The position numbers were made by a program, and so were the translations under genes. 64,000 nt of DNA from a virus: UHGV virus genome UHGV-0287696; one strand, written 5' to 3'. Shown here piece after piece: positions 1-9,190 of the stretch; the first letter of the stretch is position 1; every line of letters begins with the position of its first letter. The notes beneath the pieces were generated by a model. That model searched no databases. It saw only the letters and a program-made list of their open reading frames with translations, and was not told the origin of the DNA.

Positions 1-1004
1 GGAGTCTATGCGCAGCGTTTGACAGTGAGTTGTACTCTGCTATTGAGTACCATGAAACCCGTCAACGGTTAGTGAAGGCGGAAAAAGAATGGCAGGATGC
101 CGTGGCGGCCGTTGGTAACGTCGATGGTGCTTTACAACAGAAAATTGCTTTCCAACAGTCACGATTAGGTAAAGCCACAGAGATGCTCTCAATGCGTCGT
201 AGAGAGCACGAACTGGCTAACACGACACTTACCTATCTGGTGAATGTTAAACGTGCTGTAGATGATTTCAGTGCGTTATTCGAACGGCTAGAGAGTGATG
301 TTAAGGTTACGTTGACAAATACGGTCGTCGAGGAACTCTTACGTGCACGAGAAGGGAAGCTGGATGCTTTTACAACCGCACGCGAACGTTATCGTCAGAT
401 GGAAAATGAATTGAATCAGCTCAACAGTTTGGAACGCGAACTTGCTGACTTACAAGCCCAGCAGTTCAATAACAAACTGATGATACAAGCCTTCTCTCCA
501 GAAAAGGGTGTACTTAGAAAGTATTTTTACAACGCTATCGTTAGAATCACAGAGTTAATGACGCGTTATATCGAACAGGTCTGGACGTACCCCATGCGCG
601 TTATGCCTTGTGACCTCACTGACGGCGATTTGGATTATACTTTTCCTGTCCAGCTAAAAACGCATCCTGAGCCTGTTCCTGATGTGCGTAAAGGGTCTAA
701 GGCGCAGCGTGCGATATTTAATCTGATGTTCAGGCTGACCGCGTACAAAGCGCTGAAGTTGCATCAGTTTCCGTTGCTTTTGGATGAGCCTTCGGAAGGC
801 ATGGATGAGGAGCACCGTAACAACCTGGTCGGCTTTATTAAAACGTTAGCAAACTCGGGAGAATTTTCACAACTGTTGGTAGTCTCTCACGAAGCCGAGG
901 TTCATTCTAAACTTAATGAAGCATCGTACTGTGTCATCGAACCGGAAGGGGTGACATTGCCTGCGGTGTATAACGAAGGAGTAAAAATTGTTTATGCAAA
1001 CTGA
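1..1004 (+). CDS. Rad50/SbcC-like recombination ATPase, C-terminal part (gene continues upstream of window)
   Basis: Reading frame is open from the window start to the stop at 1004. The C-terminal lobe shows ABC-ATPase motifs: signature-like GSKAQRAIFNLMFRL, Walker B LLLDEP, H-loop VVSHE. Confidence 0.5.
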   Translation, partial: SLCAAFDSELYSAIEYHETRQRLVKAEKEWQDAVAAVGNVDGALQQKIAFQQSRLGKATEMLSMRRREHELANTTLTYLVNVKRAVDDFSALFERLESDVKVTLTNTVVEELLRAREGKLDAFTTARERYRQMENELNQLNSLERELADLQAQQFNNKLMIQAFSPEKGVLRKYFYNAIVRITELMTRYIEQVWTYPMRVMPCDLTDGDLDYTFPVQLKTHPEPVPDVRKGSKAQRAIFNLMFRLTAYKALKLHQFPLLLDEPSEGMDEEHRNNLVGFIKTLANSGEFSQLLVVSHEAEVHSKLNEASYCVIEPEGVTLPAVYNEGVKIVYAN

Positions 1005-1173
1005 TTGGTTCCGTCGTATTGTGGATGCGGCAGGGTTTGGCTTCATGTCCATTCTAGCGGTTCTTTATGTCATGTTTTGTGTGGTGATGATTTTATGGGT
1101 AGTTTCATCTTATCTGATTAAACTATCGTGGGGTTCAATTTGGCGTCAACGCGAATGCGAATGGCGGAATTAG
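988..1173 (+). CDS. small hydrophobic membrane protein (61 aa)
   Basis: ORF with a long hydrophobic stretch (FGFMSILAVLYVMFCVVMILWVV); overlaps the end of the upstream gene. Confidence 0.3.
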   Translation: MFMQTDWFRRIVDAAGFGFMSILAVLYVMFCVVMILWVVSSYLIKLSWGSIWRQRECEWRN

Positions 1174-1183
1174 GAGAGGGAAT

Positions 1184-1282
1184 ATGGTTGTAGGGGTTCT
1201 GTTAACACTTGGCTCGTTGTGGTTAATTGGTAAAGGTTTAAACTGGCTGATTAAACGTCACCGTTGGGCATTCGAAGATTAA
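1184..1282 (+). CDS. 32-aa hydrophobic peptide
   Basis: ATG preceded by GGAGAGGG; translation MVVGVLLTLGSLWLIGKGLNWLIKRHRWAFED. Below the size cutoff of the ORF track. Confidence 0.3.
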   Translation: MVVGVLLTLGSLWLIGKGLNWLIKRHRWAFED

Positions 1283-1493
1283 CCACCCAAATAGTCCAGA
1301 AGATACCCTCCGGTGTGAGGGTATTGGCAGGAGCAGAAAATGACCACGATAAACGCTACGAATGTAGCGATATCCGCACTATACGACGCGGAACTTTCAT
1401 GGGGTGGATTAATAATCACCACAGCCATATTAGCCGCTGCGGCTTTCGTCATCGCGCGTTGGTTTTAATTTTACTTTTTTGCGTCTCTAAGGT

Positions 1494-1943
1494 TTGCAAA
1501 TGGAAATTTATTTGTTGAACGCATCTTCTAAAGTCGGTGAGCGACAAGCTGCCGATTTACTCAAACTACACTACCGTTACTTAGACCACCAGGCCACATT
1601 ACTGAAAATCAAAATGTCGGTGCCGAAGTTAAATGCGCGACAGCTGATCGAAGGTAACTGCATAGTTCTGGTGTATCAGGATGATGTCGCGGTAGGATAC
1701 TGTAGTTATCGGAATCGTAACGGTTCACTTAAGATACGTTCGGTATACGTGCTCCCAGACTATCGTCAACGGGGTGTAATGAAAGAGATTTTCAAAGCAA
1801 TTGCAGCTGATGAAGTTTTCGGCGAGATTGTTACTGGCATGTATACGAAATGTAAAGAAGCAAAAGAGTATTTCATCCGACGCGGCTATCAGGCGGTTTA
1901 CTCACGCGATCGTGAGTGGGTCGATTTTAGCAAAACATTCTAA
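1494..1943 (+). CDS. GNAT-family N-acetyltransferase
   Basis: Acetyl-CoA-binding-like motif LPDYRQRGVMKEIF after a beta-strand-rich core (VAVGYCSY...LKIRSVYV). Confidence 0.45.
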   Translation: MQMEIYLLNASSKVGERQAADLLKLHYRYLDHQATLLKIKMSVPKLNARQLIEGNCIVLVYQDDVAVGYCSYRNRNGSLKIRSVYVLPDYRQRGVMKEIFKAIAADEVFGEIVTGMYTKCKEAKEYFIRRGYQAVYSRDREWVDFSKTF

Positions 1944-2009
1944 AAACAATAAAGCTCTCTTGGCGTACCTCACTATGAGTGTGAGAAATTTACGTCAGGA
2001 GAGCTAATT

Positions 2010-2255
2010 ATGTTAAAATCGTACGGAGTGGGTGGTTTGGATACGAGTATTTGTTGGAAGGAATACGAACGTGCGAAAGCGTTCTTACAGCATCCCAATG
2101 TGGGGACAATAGGTAAGGTCTGTTTCGGCAAACCTTCACTGACGGCTTGTATCCAAGGGGCTTTAGGGACGTTGCCACCCGAATCACATTTCGAGCCTGA
2201 GGAGAATATGAATGTTCACAGAGAACCCATCAATTTACGGCATACCGTTGAATGA
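2010..2255 (+). CDS. hypothetical protein
   Basis: ORF with GGAG upstream of the ATG. Confidence 0.3.
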   Translation: MLKSYGVGGLDTSICWKEYERAKAFLQHPNVGTIGKVCFGKPSLTACIQGALGTLPPESHFEPEENMNVHREPINLRHTVE

Positions 2256-2580
2256 AATTGATATTCTGCAAATTTGTTATCAGTGCGGTGACTTCGGTAA
2301 GACGCAAGTAACGCCGTTAGTTAAGCTTTTAGGTTACTTGCCTGAAATCGAGTTGCCTTTTGTTAAACCCAGTTTAGTTCGTCGCGCATCGTGTCGTGAA
2401 GCTTATTTGCTCTGGAAACACAATATTTCAGTAGAGAAGGTCTGGGACCGTATGAACGATCATCAGTTCCGTGAGCAGGTCGTGCACACGCTTAACTTGG
2501 CGCTGACTATGCAACGCCTGGGCTTACAACACGAGGGTTTAGAAGCGGCGGTCAAGCAATGGATTACGAAAAATCGATAA
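2212..2580 (+). CDS. hypothetical protein
   Basis: ORF with GAGGAG upstream; overlaps the previous ORF in another frame. Confidence 0.35.
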   Translation: MFTENPSIYGIPLNEIDILQICYQCGDFGKTQVTPLVKLLGYLPEIELPFVKPSLVRRASCREAYLLWKHNISVEKVWDRMNDHQFREQVVHTLNLALTMQRLGLQHEGLEAAVKQWITKNR

Positions 2581-2604
2581 TGGGTAAAACATATATCGCT
2601 ATAC

Positions 2605-3165
2605 TTGTCGAGCTATCAATCGGCGGTACACGTTTTAATACTACACATCAACTCCGGGCGTTTCGTTATGTTAACGGTACGTAAAGAATCTGAAATTGGT
2701 AACGATCTTTTTAATGCACCCGAAGACTATAAAGTCGTTACCATTAATTGCGTAGGAGCGATGGGTCGCGGTATTGCGCTCGCGTGTCGTGAACGCTACC
2801 CTAACCTTTACCAGGATTATCGTAAGCGGTGTCGTGAAGGCGAAATTAAGATTGGAAACGTTTACGTTTACTCTGACGAAAAGTGTATCTTGCTCCCCAC
2901 GAAAACCCATTGGCGCTTAAAGTCCCAGGTTTCTTATGTTACTGCGGGCATTACCGCACTAGCAGACTGTGCTGAGGATCTAGATACCAGCGTTGCTATC
3001 CCTCCACTGGGGATGGCAAATGGGTGGTTAGATTCCTGGGAAAGACAAGAAATCTTTTTGTGGCTTTACAAAAAACTTGAACCGAGGAGACAACACTACA
3101 CGTTATACTTACCTGATAAGTTGTACCAAGAAGCAGAGTCATTAATTCCAAACTCTTTTAAATAG
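2605..3165 (+). CDS. macrodomain protein (TARG1/DarG-like ADP-ribose-binding or hydrolase fold)
   Basis: NDLF...VVTINCVGAMGRGIALACRERYP and later PPLGMANGWLDSWE match the TARG1-type macrodomain pattern as I recall it. The true start may be the internal ATG at 2668. Confidence 0.65.
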   Translation: MSSYQSAVHVLILHINSGRFVMLTVRKESEIGNDLFNAPEDYKVVTINCVGAMGRGIALACRERYPNLYQDYRKRCREGEIKIGNVYVYSDEKCILLPTKTHWRLKSQVSYVTAGITALADCAEDLDTSVAIPPLGMANGWLDSWERQEIFLWLYKKLEPRRQHYTLYLPDKLYQEAESLIPNSFK

Positions 3166-3265
3166 ATATTATCATTAGGGCACACAACAAAGGAGTATTA
3201 GCTGTCCGCGCCGTCATTTCGTCTTACGGAATACGGAAATGTATAAATCCAACTGGAGAAACAAA

Positions 3266-3964
3266 ATGTTTCGTATCTTCTTTCTTTTACTGGTAACACT
3301 TTTCGCGTTTAACGCACAGGCGTCAACGTCAACGCCACATTCTAAGCATCAGCGTGAGTTTGCACAAATCCAACATCGGTTCGAAAAAGTCAGCCCGTTA
3401 ATTGTGGAAATCTCACGAAAGCAGGGCGTTGATCCCAAGCTGATGATTACGCTGATTTATCGTGAATCGCGTTTTGATCCCAAGGCTTACAACAAAAGCT
3501 CACGAGCACATAGCCTGGTACAAATGCTTCCAAGTACCAAGCGTAATCTGCTAAAGCTTTATGGAAAAGAATTAGGTCTTAGTCAGAACGCCGATTTGTA
3601 TAATCCGCGTAACGCTGTTTTGCTGGCTACCGCGTATGTTAAACATCTTGAGAAGGGGTTAACCAAACGACTCAAACGCAAGCCCACCATGGCTGAAATT
3701 GCGTTAGCTTACCACTGGGGTGAAAGTGGCGCTCACACGCGAATCAAAAGCAAATCTCGAGCAGCACAACGAGAAATGGCAGGCTTTATGAAAGACGCCG
3801 CGTTCTATAGCGCGAAAATCGATGTGCCTGTTGTTGTGGGCTCGGCCCCACGTCAGCTTGCGTTTGCGAAGAAAACACCACGTCAGATTCAACTGGCGGA
3901 AGTTAGTAGAATTTGGGATACGATAAACACGAGTTTTCCAATCAATAGAGGAGTTACCCTTTGA
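3266..3964 (+). CDS. secreted lytic transglycosylase (SLT domain), possible endolysin
   Basis: N-terminal signal peptide MFRIFFLLLVTLFAFNAQAS; SLT motifs RESRFDP (catalytic Glu-Ser), SLVQMLPST, AYNK. GGAG lies upstream of the ATG at 3266; the ORF track starts at 3239. Confidence 0.6.
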   Translation: MFRIFFLLLVTLFAFNAQASTSTPHSKHQREFAQIQHRFEKVSPLIVEISRKQGVDPKLMITLIYRESRFDPKAYNKSSRAHSLVQMLPSTKRNLLKLYGKELGLSQNADLYNPRNAVLLATAYVKHLEKGLTKRLKRKPTMAEIALAYHWGESGAHTRIKSKSRAAQREMAGFMKDAAFYSAKIDVPVVVGSAPRQLAFAKKTPRQIQLAEVSRIWDTINTSFPINRGVTL

Positions 3965-4470
3965 GCATCGTAGTAACCGATTGGTATAAAGGCATTACAA
4001 AAGCCGCACAATTGACCGCGAAAGACGTTTACAGTATCGTCCGAAGCAGTATCGAAGACGAGATTAAGTCGGATGAAGAATTCGCTGAGAAACACGAATT
4101 TTACGATGCTTTACCCACAGCATTCGGCGATGATGAAGAAGAAGGTTTAGAGTTTGACTGGAACGTCAACCTTGCCTTGCTGTGGATTTGTGGTTTACGG
4201 CCAACGGTAAAAGAAACCGAAGAAGGAAAAGTCTTGCTTTGGAATTTTACCGGGCAGTATAACCGTAATTTAGTCTTTAAACAGGCGTATATGGACGCTA
4301 CTGTAGAACTTCAAAATCTACTGCTTGGCGAAAACACATACTGTCAACGCAGTTTCTTAACGATTCTGGAAAAACTTGTGTCGACACACAAAGTCTGGCG
4401 TAAAGAAGACGCCCCGGAACATATGTTCATTTTAGAGTACGCTGTCATTCCAAATCAGCCGTTCTTCTAA
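3961..4470 (+). CDS. hypothetical protein
   Basis: ORF translationally coupled to the upstream gene and followed by a hairpin terminator. Confidence 0.4.
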   Translation: MSIVVTDWYKGITKAAQLTAKDVYSIVRSSIEDEIKSDEEFAEKHEFYDALPTAFGDDEEEGLEFDWNVNLALLWICGLRPTVKETEEGKVLLWNFTGQYNRNLVFKQAYMDATVELQNLLLGENTYCQRSFLTILEKLVSTHKVWRKEDAPEHMFILEYAVIPNQPFF

Positions 4471-4476
4471 TCCCTA

Positions 4477-4514
4477 CCCCTTACCCTATACGGTGTAAGG
4501 GGTACTTTTATTTT
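4477..4514 (+). terminator. intrinsic terminator
   Basis: Hairpin CCCCTTAC...GTAAGGGG followed by TACTTTTATTTT. Confidence 0.5.
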
Positions 4515-4536
4515 CATTCCCTAAAGGAGCAGAGTT

Positions 4537-5016
4537 ATGATAAAATTCATTTGGCGTTATCCAACGCGTTTTTGGTTTGTGGTACTTGAACTGTGTATGG
4601 TTCTTGTAGCGGTTACTTTTGTCGAAGCGCCCGCCTCGCAGTTGGCCATTTTCTGCCTTTTCGTGACTGTCCCTGTATGGGTGATTGCGAAGGTTATTAA
4701 GTTCGTCATGGTGTGTTGGGCAAATTATACCTGTCCGTATAAGCCTAAACAAATCATGAAATGGCTGATGTATATTGAAGAACGTTTACCGGCGCAACAT
4801 AAATTACTGGGCTGGTCGTCAATGTTGGATATTGCGCTAGAAACCAATGCAAAGTTCCCCGGTGCGAAAAACCCGTATTTGTTGATGGCGGTAATTGTTG
4901 CACAACAAAAACTGGTAGGCGATCGTTGGTTGCCAGAAGAAGCGAAAGCGTATATCCGTAAACATCCAAAAGCTTTTTACTCGGTAGGACAATGGCGTAA
5001 CTTGCCTTTATTTTAA
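4537..5016 (+). CDS. multi-pass membrane protein (holin-like candidate)
   Basis: AGGAG upstream; two or three hydrophobic helices (FWFVVLELCMVLVAVTFV, LAIFCLFVTVPVWVIAKVIKFVMVCW). Confidence 0.45.
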   Translation: MIKFIWRYPTRFWFVVLELCMVLVAVTFVEAPASQLAIFCLFVTVPVWVIAKVIKFVMVCWANYTCPYKPKQIMKWLMYIEERLPAQHKLLGWSSMLDIALETNAKFPGAKNPYLLMAVIVAQQKLVGDRWLPEEAKAYIRKHPKAFYSVGQWRNLPLF

Positions 5017-5069
5017 CTTTTTACATAACCCTTAGTTGATTTGAACAAACCTAAAAGAGGACTATTAAA

Positions 5070-6005
5070 ATGACTTTTCCATCTGAAGTAATTTACGAAC
5101 TGGCTAACACTCTACGTCGTCACTATAGCAGCAAAATGATGCAAACCCACGTGGGTGCGACTGCTGACTTTTTGCGCGGCCATTTCCTGGGCAATAACCC
5201 ACCGTCGATTACACAGGAAACGGTTTTCTCTATCGATCGTGCCTCCTTAATTCTTCCAATCGACCACGCCATTGCGGTTCAAGAAGGGAATACGTTCAAC
5301 TTCTCTATGGGAATGCGACATTCGTCTAATGTCGTTAACTCAAGCATGGGAAATGACCCGTCTTTCGCACACAACACGCACTCTGTAGAACATGGTAACT
5401 GGTTCGTTGCTGTAGAACAAGGCGTGAATCAGTATGACGTTGTTGCAGCTCGCGATGAGTCTTTCTTTGAGCTGGGACAGATTTCTCGCCGTCGTGAAAT
5501 TGCGCTTGACCTACGTCAAGGTAATATCGGATTAAGTGGGACCAGTGTTTATTTCATCCTGAGCAGTTGGGCACATGTAAGTTACGTGCTGAAAAATGCC
5601 AGTCCGACGTTCCACGCAACGATGGTAGAATTTCGTAGCCTTGATGTAGGAAATCATGACGAAGAAGAAACGGTACCTGGCACAGAAGTCGCCGTCTGTG
5701 AAGACTACGATGATCTGAAATCTGTACTCGTTAAGCGTGATGTTTTCGAATCGTTAAACCTGGATTTCCCCGGTGACGAAAATGAAATATCTGTAGCTGA
5801 TCTGGTAGAAGCGTTGTGTCAGAAAGACCAAGCTAATGAGATCAGTGACGAAGAAGCAGAACTCTTCCAAGTTCAACAACTCGTCAGCAAGGTTATCGGT
5901 GGCCAGGGAATCGTTGACACCCTTATGGCTTTACCACCGAAGAAACGTACTCAGAAGTACATTCGTGAACTGGTTCTTGAAAACCTTGGTCAAACCAAAA
6001 AGTAA
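5070..6005 (+). CDS. hypothetical protein
   Basis: ORF with AGAGG upstream and a hairpin terminator downstream. Confidence 0.5.
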   Translation: MTFPSEVIYELANTLRRHYSSKMMQTHVGATADFLRGHFLGNNPPSITQETVFSIDRASLILPIDHAIAVQEGNTFNFSMGMRHSSNVVNSSMGNDPSFAHNTHSVEHGNWFVAVEQGVNQYDVVAARDESFFELGQISRRREIALDLRQGNIGLSGTSVYFILSSWAHVSYVLKNASPTFHATMVEFRSLDVGNHDEEETVPGTEVAVCEDYDDLKSVLVKRDVFESLNLDFPGDENEISVADLVEALCQKDQANEISDEEAELFQVQQLVSKVIGGQGIVDTLMALPPKKRTQKYIRELVLENLGQTKK

Positions 6006-6013
6006 TTTAAATC

Positions 6014-6049
6014 CCCTACTCCTCCGGGAGTAGGGTTAATTCTTTTTCC
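6014..6049 (+). terminator. intrinsic terminator (CCCTACTCC stem family)
   Basis: CCCTACTCC-TCCG-GGAGTAGGG followed by a T-rich tract. Confidence 0.6.
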
Positions 6050-6066
6050 ACCTTAGGAGTATTAAA

Positions 6067-6618
6067 ATGTTTCCATCGTCTGAATATTTAACTCATCTGG
6101 CTTACGGTATTCGCCGTGGTTCTGTTTTCCGCACACGTTTAAAGGATATAAATTTCCTGGCTAATTTCTTATTTGATCGTTTGTGGGATGGCGATAGTGT
6201 TTACAAAAAGATCACCGTAACACAACTTTATTCCCTTATAGCAGCATCTGAAATTGTGCCTACAGATATTCGTCGATTTAAACGACAGCATAACGGGGAG
6301 GTTACAATCAGCTTTCTTGATCGTTCTCCTATTACCGTTGAAATCGATGATCGTATTGACGCTAATAGTGAAATGTCTGGTTGGAAGATTCTGTTTGATT
6401 GTGGCAATCGTTATGCGGTACTTGGTTCCTCTGATGAGCGCGACTTCCCATTCGACAAACCCTACTACTACCTCAGTGAAGACGATTTCCCGGATAAAGA
6501 ATCCAACATCTTTTTAAACGGAGACACAGTTTACTTCATTTTTCGTACCTGGAACGATGTTGCTGCTATGATTGCTCAAGGCGTCATCGATTACCGTAAA
6601 CTAGAAGTCGACATTTAA
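6067..6618 (+). CDS. hypothetical protein
   Basis: ORF with AGGAG-tattaaa-ATG start context and a terminator downstream. Confidence 0.5.
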   Translation: MFPSSEYLTHLAYGIRRGSVFRTRLKDINFLANFLFDRLWDGDSVYKKITVTQLYSLIAASEIVPTDIRRFKRQHNGEVTISFLDRSPITVEIDDRIDANSEMSGWKILFDCGNRYAVLGSSDERDFPFDKPYYYLSEDDFPDKESNIFLNGDTVYFIFRTWNDVAAMIAQGVIDYRKLEVDI

Positions 6619-6629
6619 AATAAAAGCTA

Positions 6630-6661
6630 CCCTACTCCCGAAGGAGTAGGGTAATCTTTTT
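6630..6661. terminator. bidirectional terminator (CCCTACTCC stem family)
   Basis: CCCTACTCC-CGAA-GGAGTAGGG between convergent genes, T-rich on both sides. Confidence 0.6.
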
Positions 6662-7284
6662 TAGTTAACTAACCCGTTAGCTTTAAGAATCTCTAACATT
6701 TGGTTGTTTAACTCTTTTAATTTTTTGTTCTCTTCTGTCAACGCAGCAACTTTCTCACCTAATGGAATAGATTCACGAATTTTATTTTTTCGTGCCGCTT
6801 CCATCTGCAAGTGCTGTTCCTCCGTCACCTTCCCCTCATACTCGAGCGTTGTAATTTCAACTTTCGGCTCAATCCCTAGTGTATGCGTGAGAATATCTGA
6901 AACGTCTTTTGTTATAGACGACACTTTCACGTAATCCGGTACCAGTGCCAAATCTACCACTAACACATTTCGTTGATACGTGATCCCGGATAAACCTGGG
7001 TATGATTCCAGGTAGGTGTCAGGTATGTATACAACTTGACCGTCCCGAGATTTAAATGTCAGAATCGACGCACTAACATTCGCATCTGCTAAATATTCTT
7101 CACGTCCTAGCCCTACTGGCTGGTAATACGAGTTATAAACGTCAATATTCTGACGTACTAAATCTGGGAAGGTACGTGACGCTTCTACCGTATAAATGAC
7201 CGTCTCGGCTAAAGTAAATGGTGTTTTTACTTTAAACAGTCCCGTGGTGTTGACTGGTACCTGGAGTGGTAAACGCGTAGCCAT
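6661..7284 (-). CDS. hypothetical protein (possible virion protein)
   Basis: Minus-strand ORF with GAGGAG upstream, coupled to the upstream minus-strand gene. Confidence 0.45.
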   Translation of the reverse strand: MATRLPLQVPVNTTGLFKVKTPFTLAETVIYTVEASRTFPDLVRQNIDVYNSYYQPVGLGREEYLADANVSASILTFKSRDGQVVYIPDTYLESYPGLSGITYQRNVLVVDLALVPDYVKVSSITKDVSDILTHTLGIEPKVEITTLEYEGKVTEEQHLQMEAARKNKIRESIPLGEKVAALTEENKKLKELNNQMLEILKANGLVN

Positions 7285-7287
7285 TCA

Positions 7288-8661
7288 TTACTCCTCGTCT
7301 AACTCGGTGTACCATTTCGCTTTCCGAGACAGGATACGATATTCTACGTTGTCGTATTCAAACACCCAGAAGTAGTTATCAGGGTCGGCCTCATCGACCA
7401 GTTTTACAACATCTAAGCTGGTTTGATACGGGTGGTATTCTTCCGCAGCAATAAGTGCCTGGAAGAATAACGCCAACCATTCAGTCGTTGTTTTCGACAT
7501 ACGCGCAATATCAGGGTTAGTCGTCGCAATTAACGCATAATCCGGGATAGTTTCGTGTAAGGTCGCTTTCCGCGTATCGTTTTCCGGCCCACTGATTACA
7601 ACACAGTTTAATGATTTATAAACCGTTGGTAAGTCAGTTACGTCTGTTGTAGGTTTACTGATCGTTTTAGTATTTCTTTCTGCTACCGTCTGGTCTGCCC
7701 ATTCTCCAAACCGACTGATAGCTTTGACCCAGAAATCATATGGAAGGATGGGGGAATAAAGCGCCGCCACATCTTCCTCATTGGGTATCCCACGAATTTT
7801 CCATCCAGGGACAATTGTAAATTTCGTGGTAGTGAAAATTTCGGGAAATACTTTTACCCCGATAGGGACAGTAAAGCTAGAATTAGCGAGAATATGTTCT
7901 CGCAACGCTTGCTTTATTTTCGTTGGGTTTTTTCCCGCACGTCCGTAGATAATAACCGACATTGGGACAACTAGGGTAGACTCGTAGTTTTCTTGATCGT
8001 GCCAAGTATAGTAGTTGGTTTGGATGGCGGTATAAGGAAACCCTGCCATTAACTCATTGATTTTCTTATGGTGTTCGGTAAGGTTAAACCCTTCCATCGC
8101 CTTTTCAACGACTGACTTGGTCGACAAAAATGTGTCGATTGGTGAAATCGGCATCTGTACTTCGATTTCGAACCCTGTGTAATCTTGATCGAAGTCTTCA
8201 TCCGAGAACCAAACAATGATCTGATTATCTACATCAGTGTCATCTTGTACTTGATCTGCCGTTACTTCATATTTCCAGCTCACCCAACGTGGGAACCAGT
8301 TACTGTTCGTCTGTATCATCGCACCAGACTGAACACCAGAAATGGTTGATTGGAATTGGCCTAATAACAGGCGCTGGAATTCGAGTTCGTCATTTCTCAG
8401 ATTCCCCAAGATGGCTTGCTGGTAAATCCATTGAGAAACGGTTAGAATATGATCAGAAAATTCGGCTGGTACAACAACCGTCTGTTTTTCTCGTTTAGAC
8501 GTAAAAGTCACCAATTGAACTTGCAAATTGGTTTTAGTAAACGTCTGTTTACTCTTCGCGTACGAGAGTGTCAAATCCGACAGCTCGCCCACCGGAGCGG
8601 TGACGCCGTCCTGATTGTCAAACAGTGCCGGTATCTGAATAAAACCTTGTAAGTCTAACAT
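7288..8661 (-). CDS. hypothetical protein (possible virion protein)
   Basis: 457-aa minus-strand ORF with GGAG upstream. Confidence 0.5.
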   Translation of the reverse strand: MLDLQGFIQIPALFDNQDGVTAPVGELSDLTLSYAKSKQTFTKTNLQVQLVTFTSKREKQTVVVPAEFSDHILTVSQWIYQQAILGNLRNDELEFQRLLLGQFQSTISGVQSGAMIQTNSNWFPRWVSWKYEVTADQVQDDTDVDNQIIVWFSDEDFDQDYTGFEIEVQMPISPIDTFLSTKSVVEKAMEGFNLTEHHKKINELMAGFPYTAIQTNYYTWHDQENYESTLVVPMSVIIYGRAGKNPTKIKQALREHILANSSFTVPIGVKVFPEIFTTTKFTIVPGWKIRGIPNEEDVAALYSPILPYDFWVKAISRFGEWADQTVAERNTKTISKPTTDVTDLPTVYKSLNCVVISGPENDTRKATLHETIPDYALIATTNPDIARMSKTTTEWLALFFQALIAAEEYHPYQTSLDVVKLVDEADPDNYFWVFEYDNVEYRILSRKAKWYTELDEE

Positions 8662-8686
8662 AATTAAAAATACTCCGAGGTGAGCA

Positions 8687-9190
8687 ATGGGTTCATTTTT
8701 TAAAGTGCTTCCGTTCTTCCTTCAGATGTTAATGGAAGCATTTAAACCAGGAGAAGGAGAAAACGTATCAAGAGCAAGCAAGATAATGACTTTAATCATC
8801 ACGATCTTGTTGTCGTATTCTGGCTTCGTCTCCTACGCCTATGTACAACAGTTTCACGCGCTCGTTGCAGTGCAGTCTCATGACACTTATATGTCGCAGT
8901 CTTACCAAGAGATGAAACAAGATCGAGATAAACTAAAAGAAGATAATGGGAAGTTATACGACAGGCTCTTCGTTTGCCTCGGCCAGAAACCGCCATATGA
9001 AAGCACGTTTAATTCATCGAAAGCGAGCGGTACGGCGAAGGATCTGTCTTCGACAAAACCAGAAACTCCTGTTAATCCAGCTTCAACACCAGAACAACGT
9101 AAAGAGGCTTCGGCGAGACCTGTTGGCAATTTAAATGCGAACAGCTTTCGACAGGAGATCATAAAGACGCTAACGTCTTCTAAGGAGTGA
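8687..9190 (+). CDS. membrane-anchored protein with coiled-coil region
   Basis: Hydrophobic segment IMTLIITILLSYSGFV followed by a charged helical region. Confidence 0.4.
   Translation: MGSFFKVLPFFLQMLMEAFKPGEGENVSRASKIMTLIITILLSYSGFVSYAYVQQFHALVAVQSHDTYMSQSYQEMKQDRDKLKEDNGKLYDRLFVCLGQKPPYESTFNSSKASGTAKDLSSTKPETPVNPASTPEQRKEASARPVGNLNANSFRQEIIKTLTSSKE

Noticed and set aside
1264-1518. 84-aa ORF upstream of the GNAT gene, considered as a possible antitoxin-like partner.
   Set aside because: No RBS, a Cys/His-rich improbable sequence, and its end overlaps the GNAT start in another frame; more likely non-coding.
3239-3250. TATAAAT sequence resembling a T4-type late promoter.
   Set aside because: It lies within the first codons of the transglycosylase ORF and is a single unsupported occurrence.
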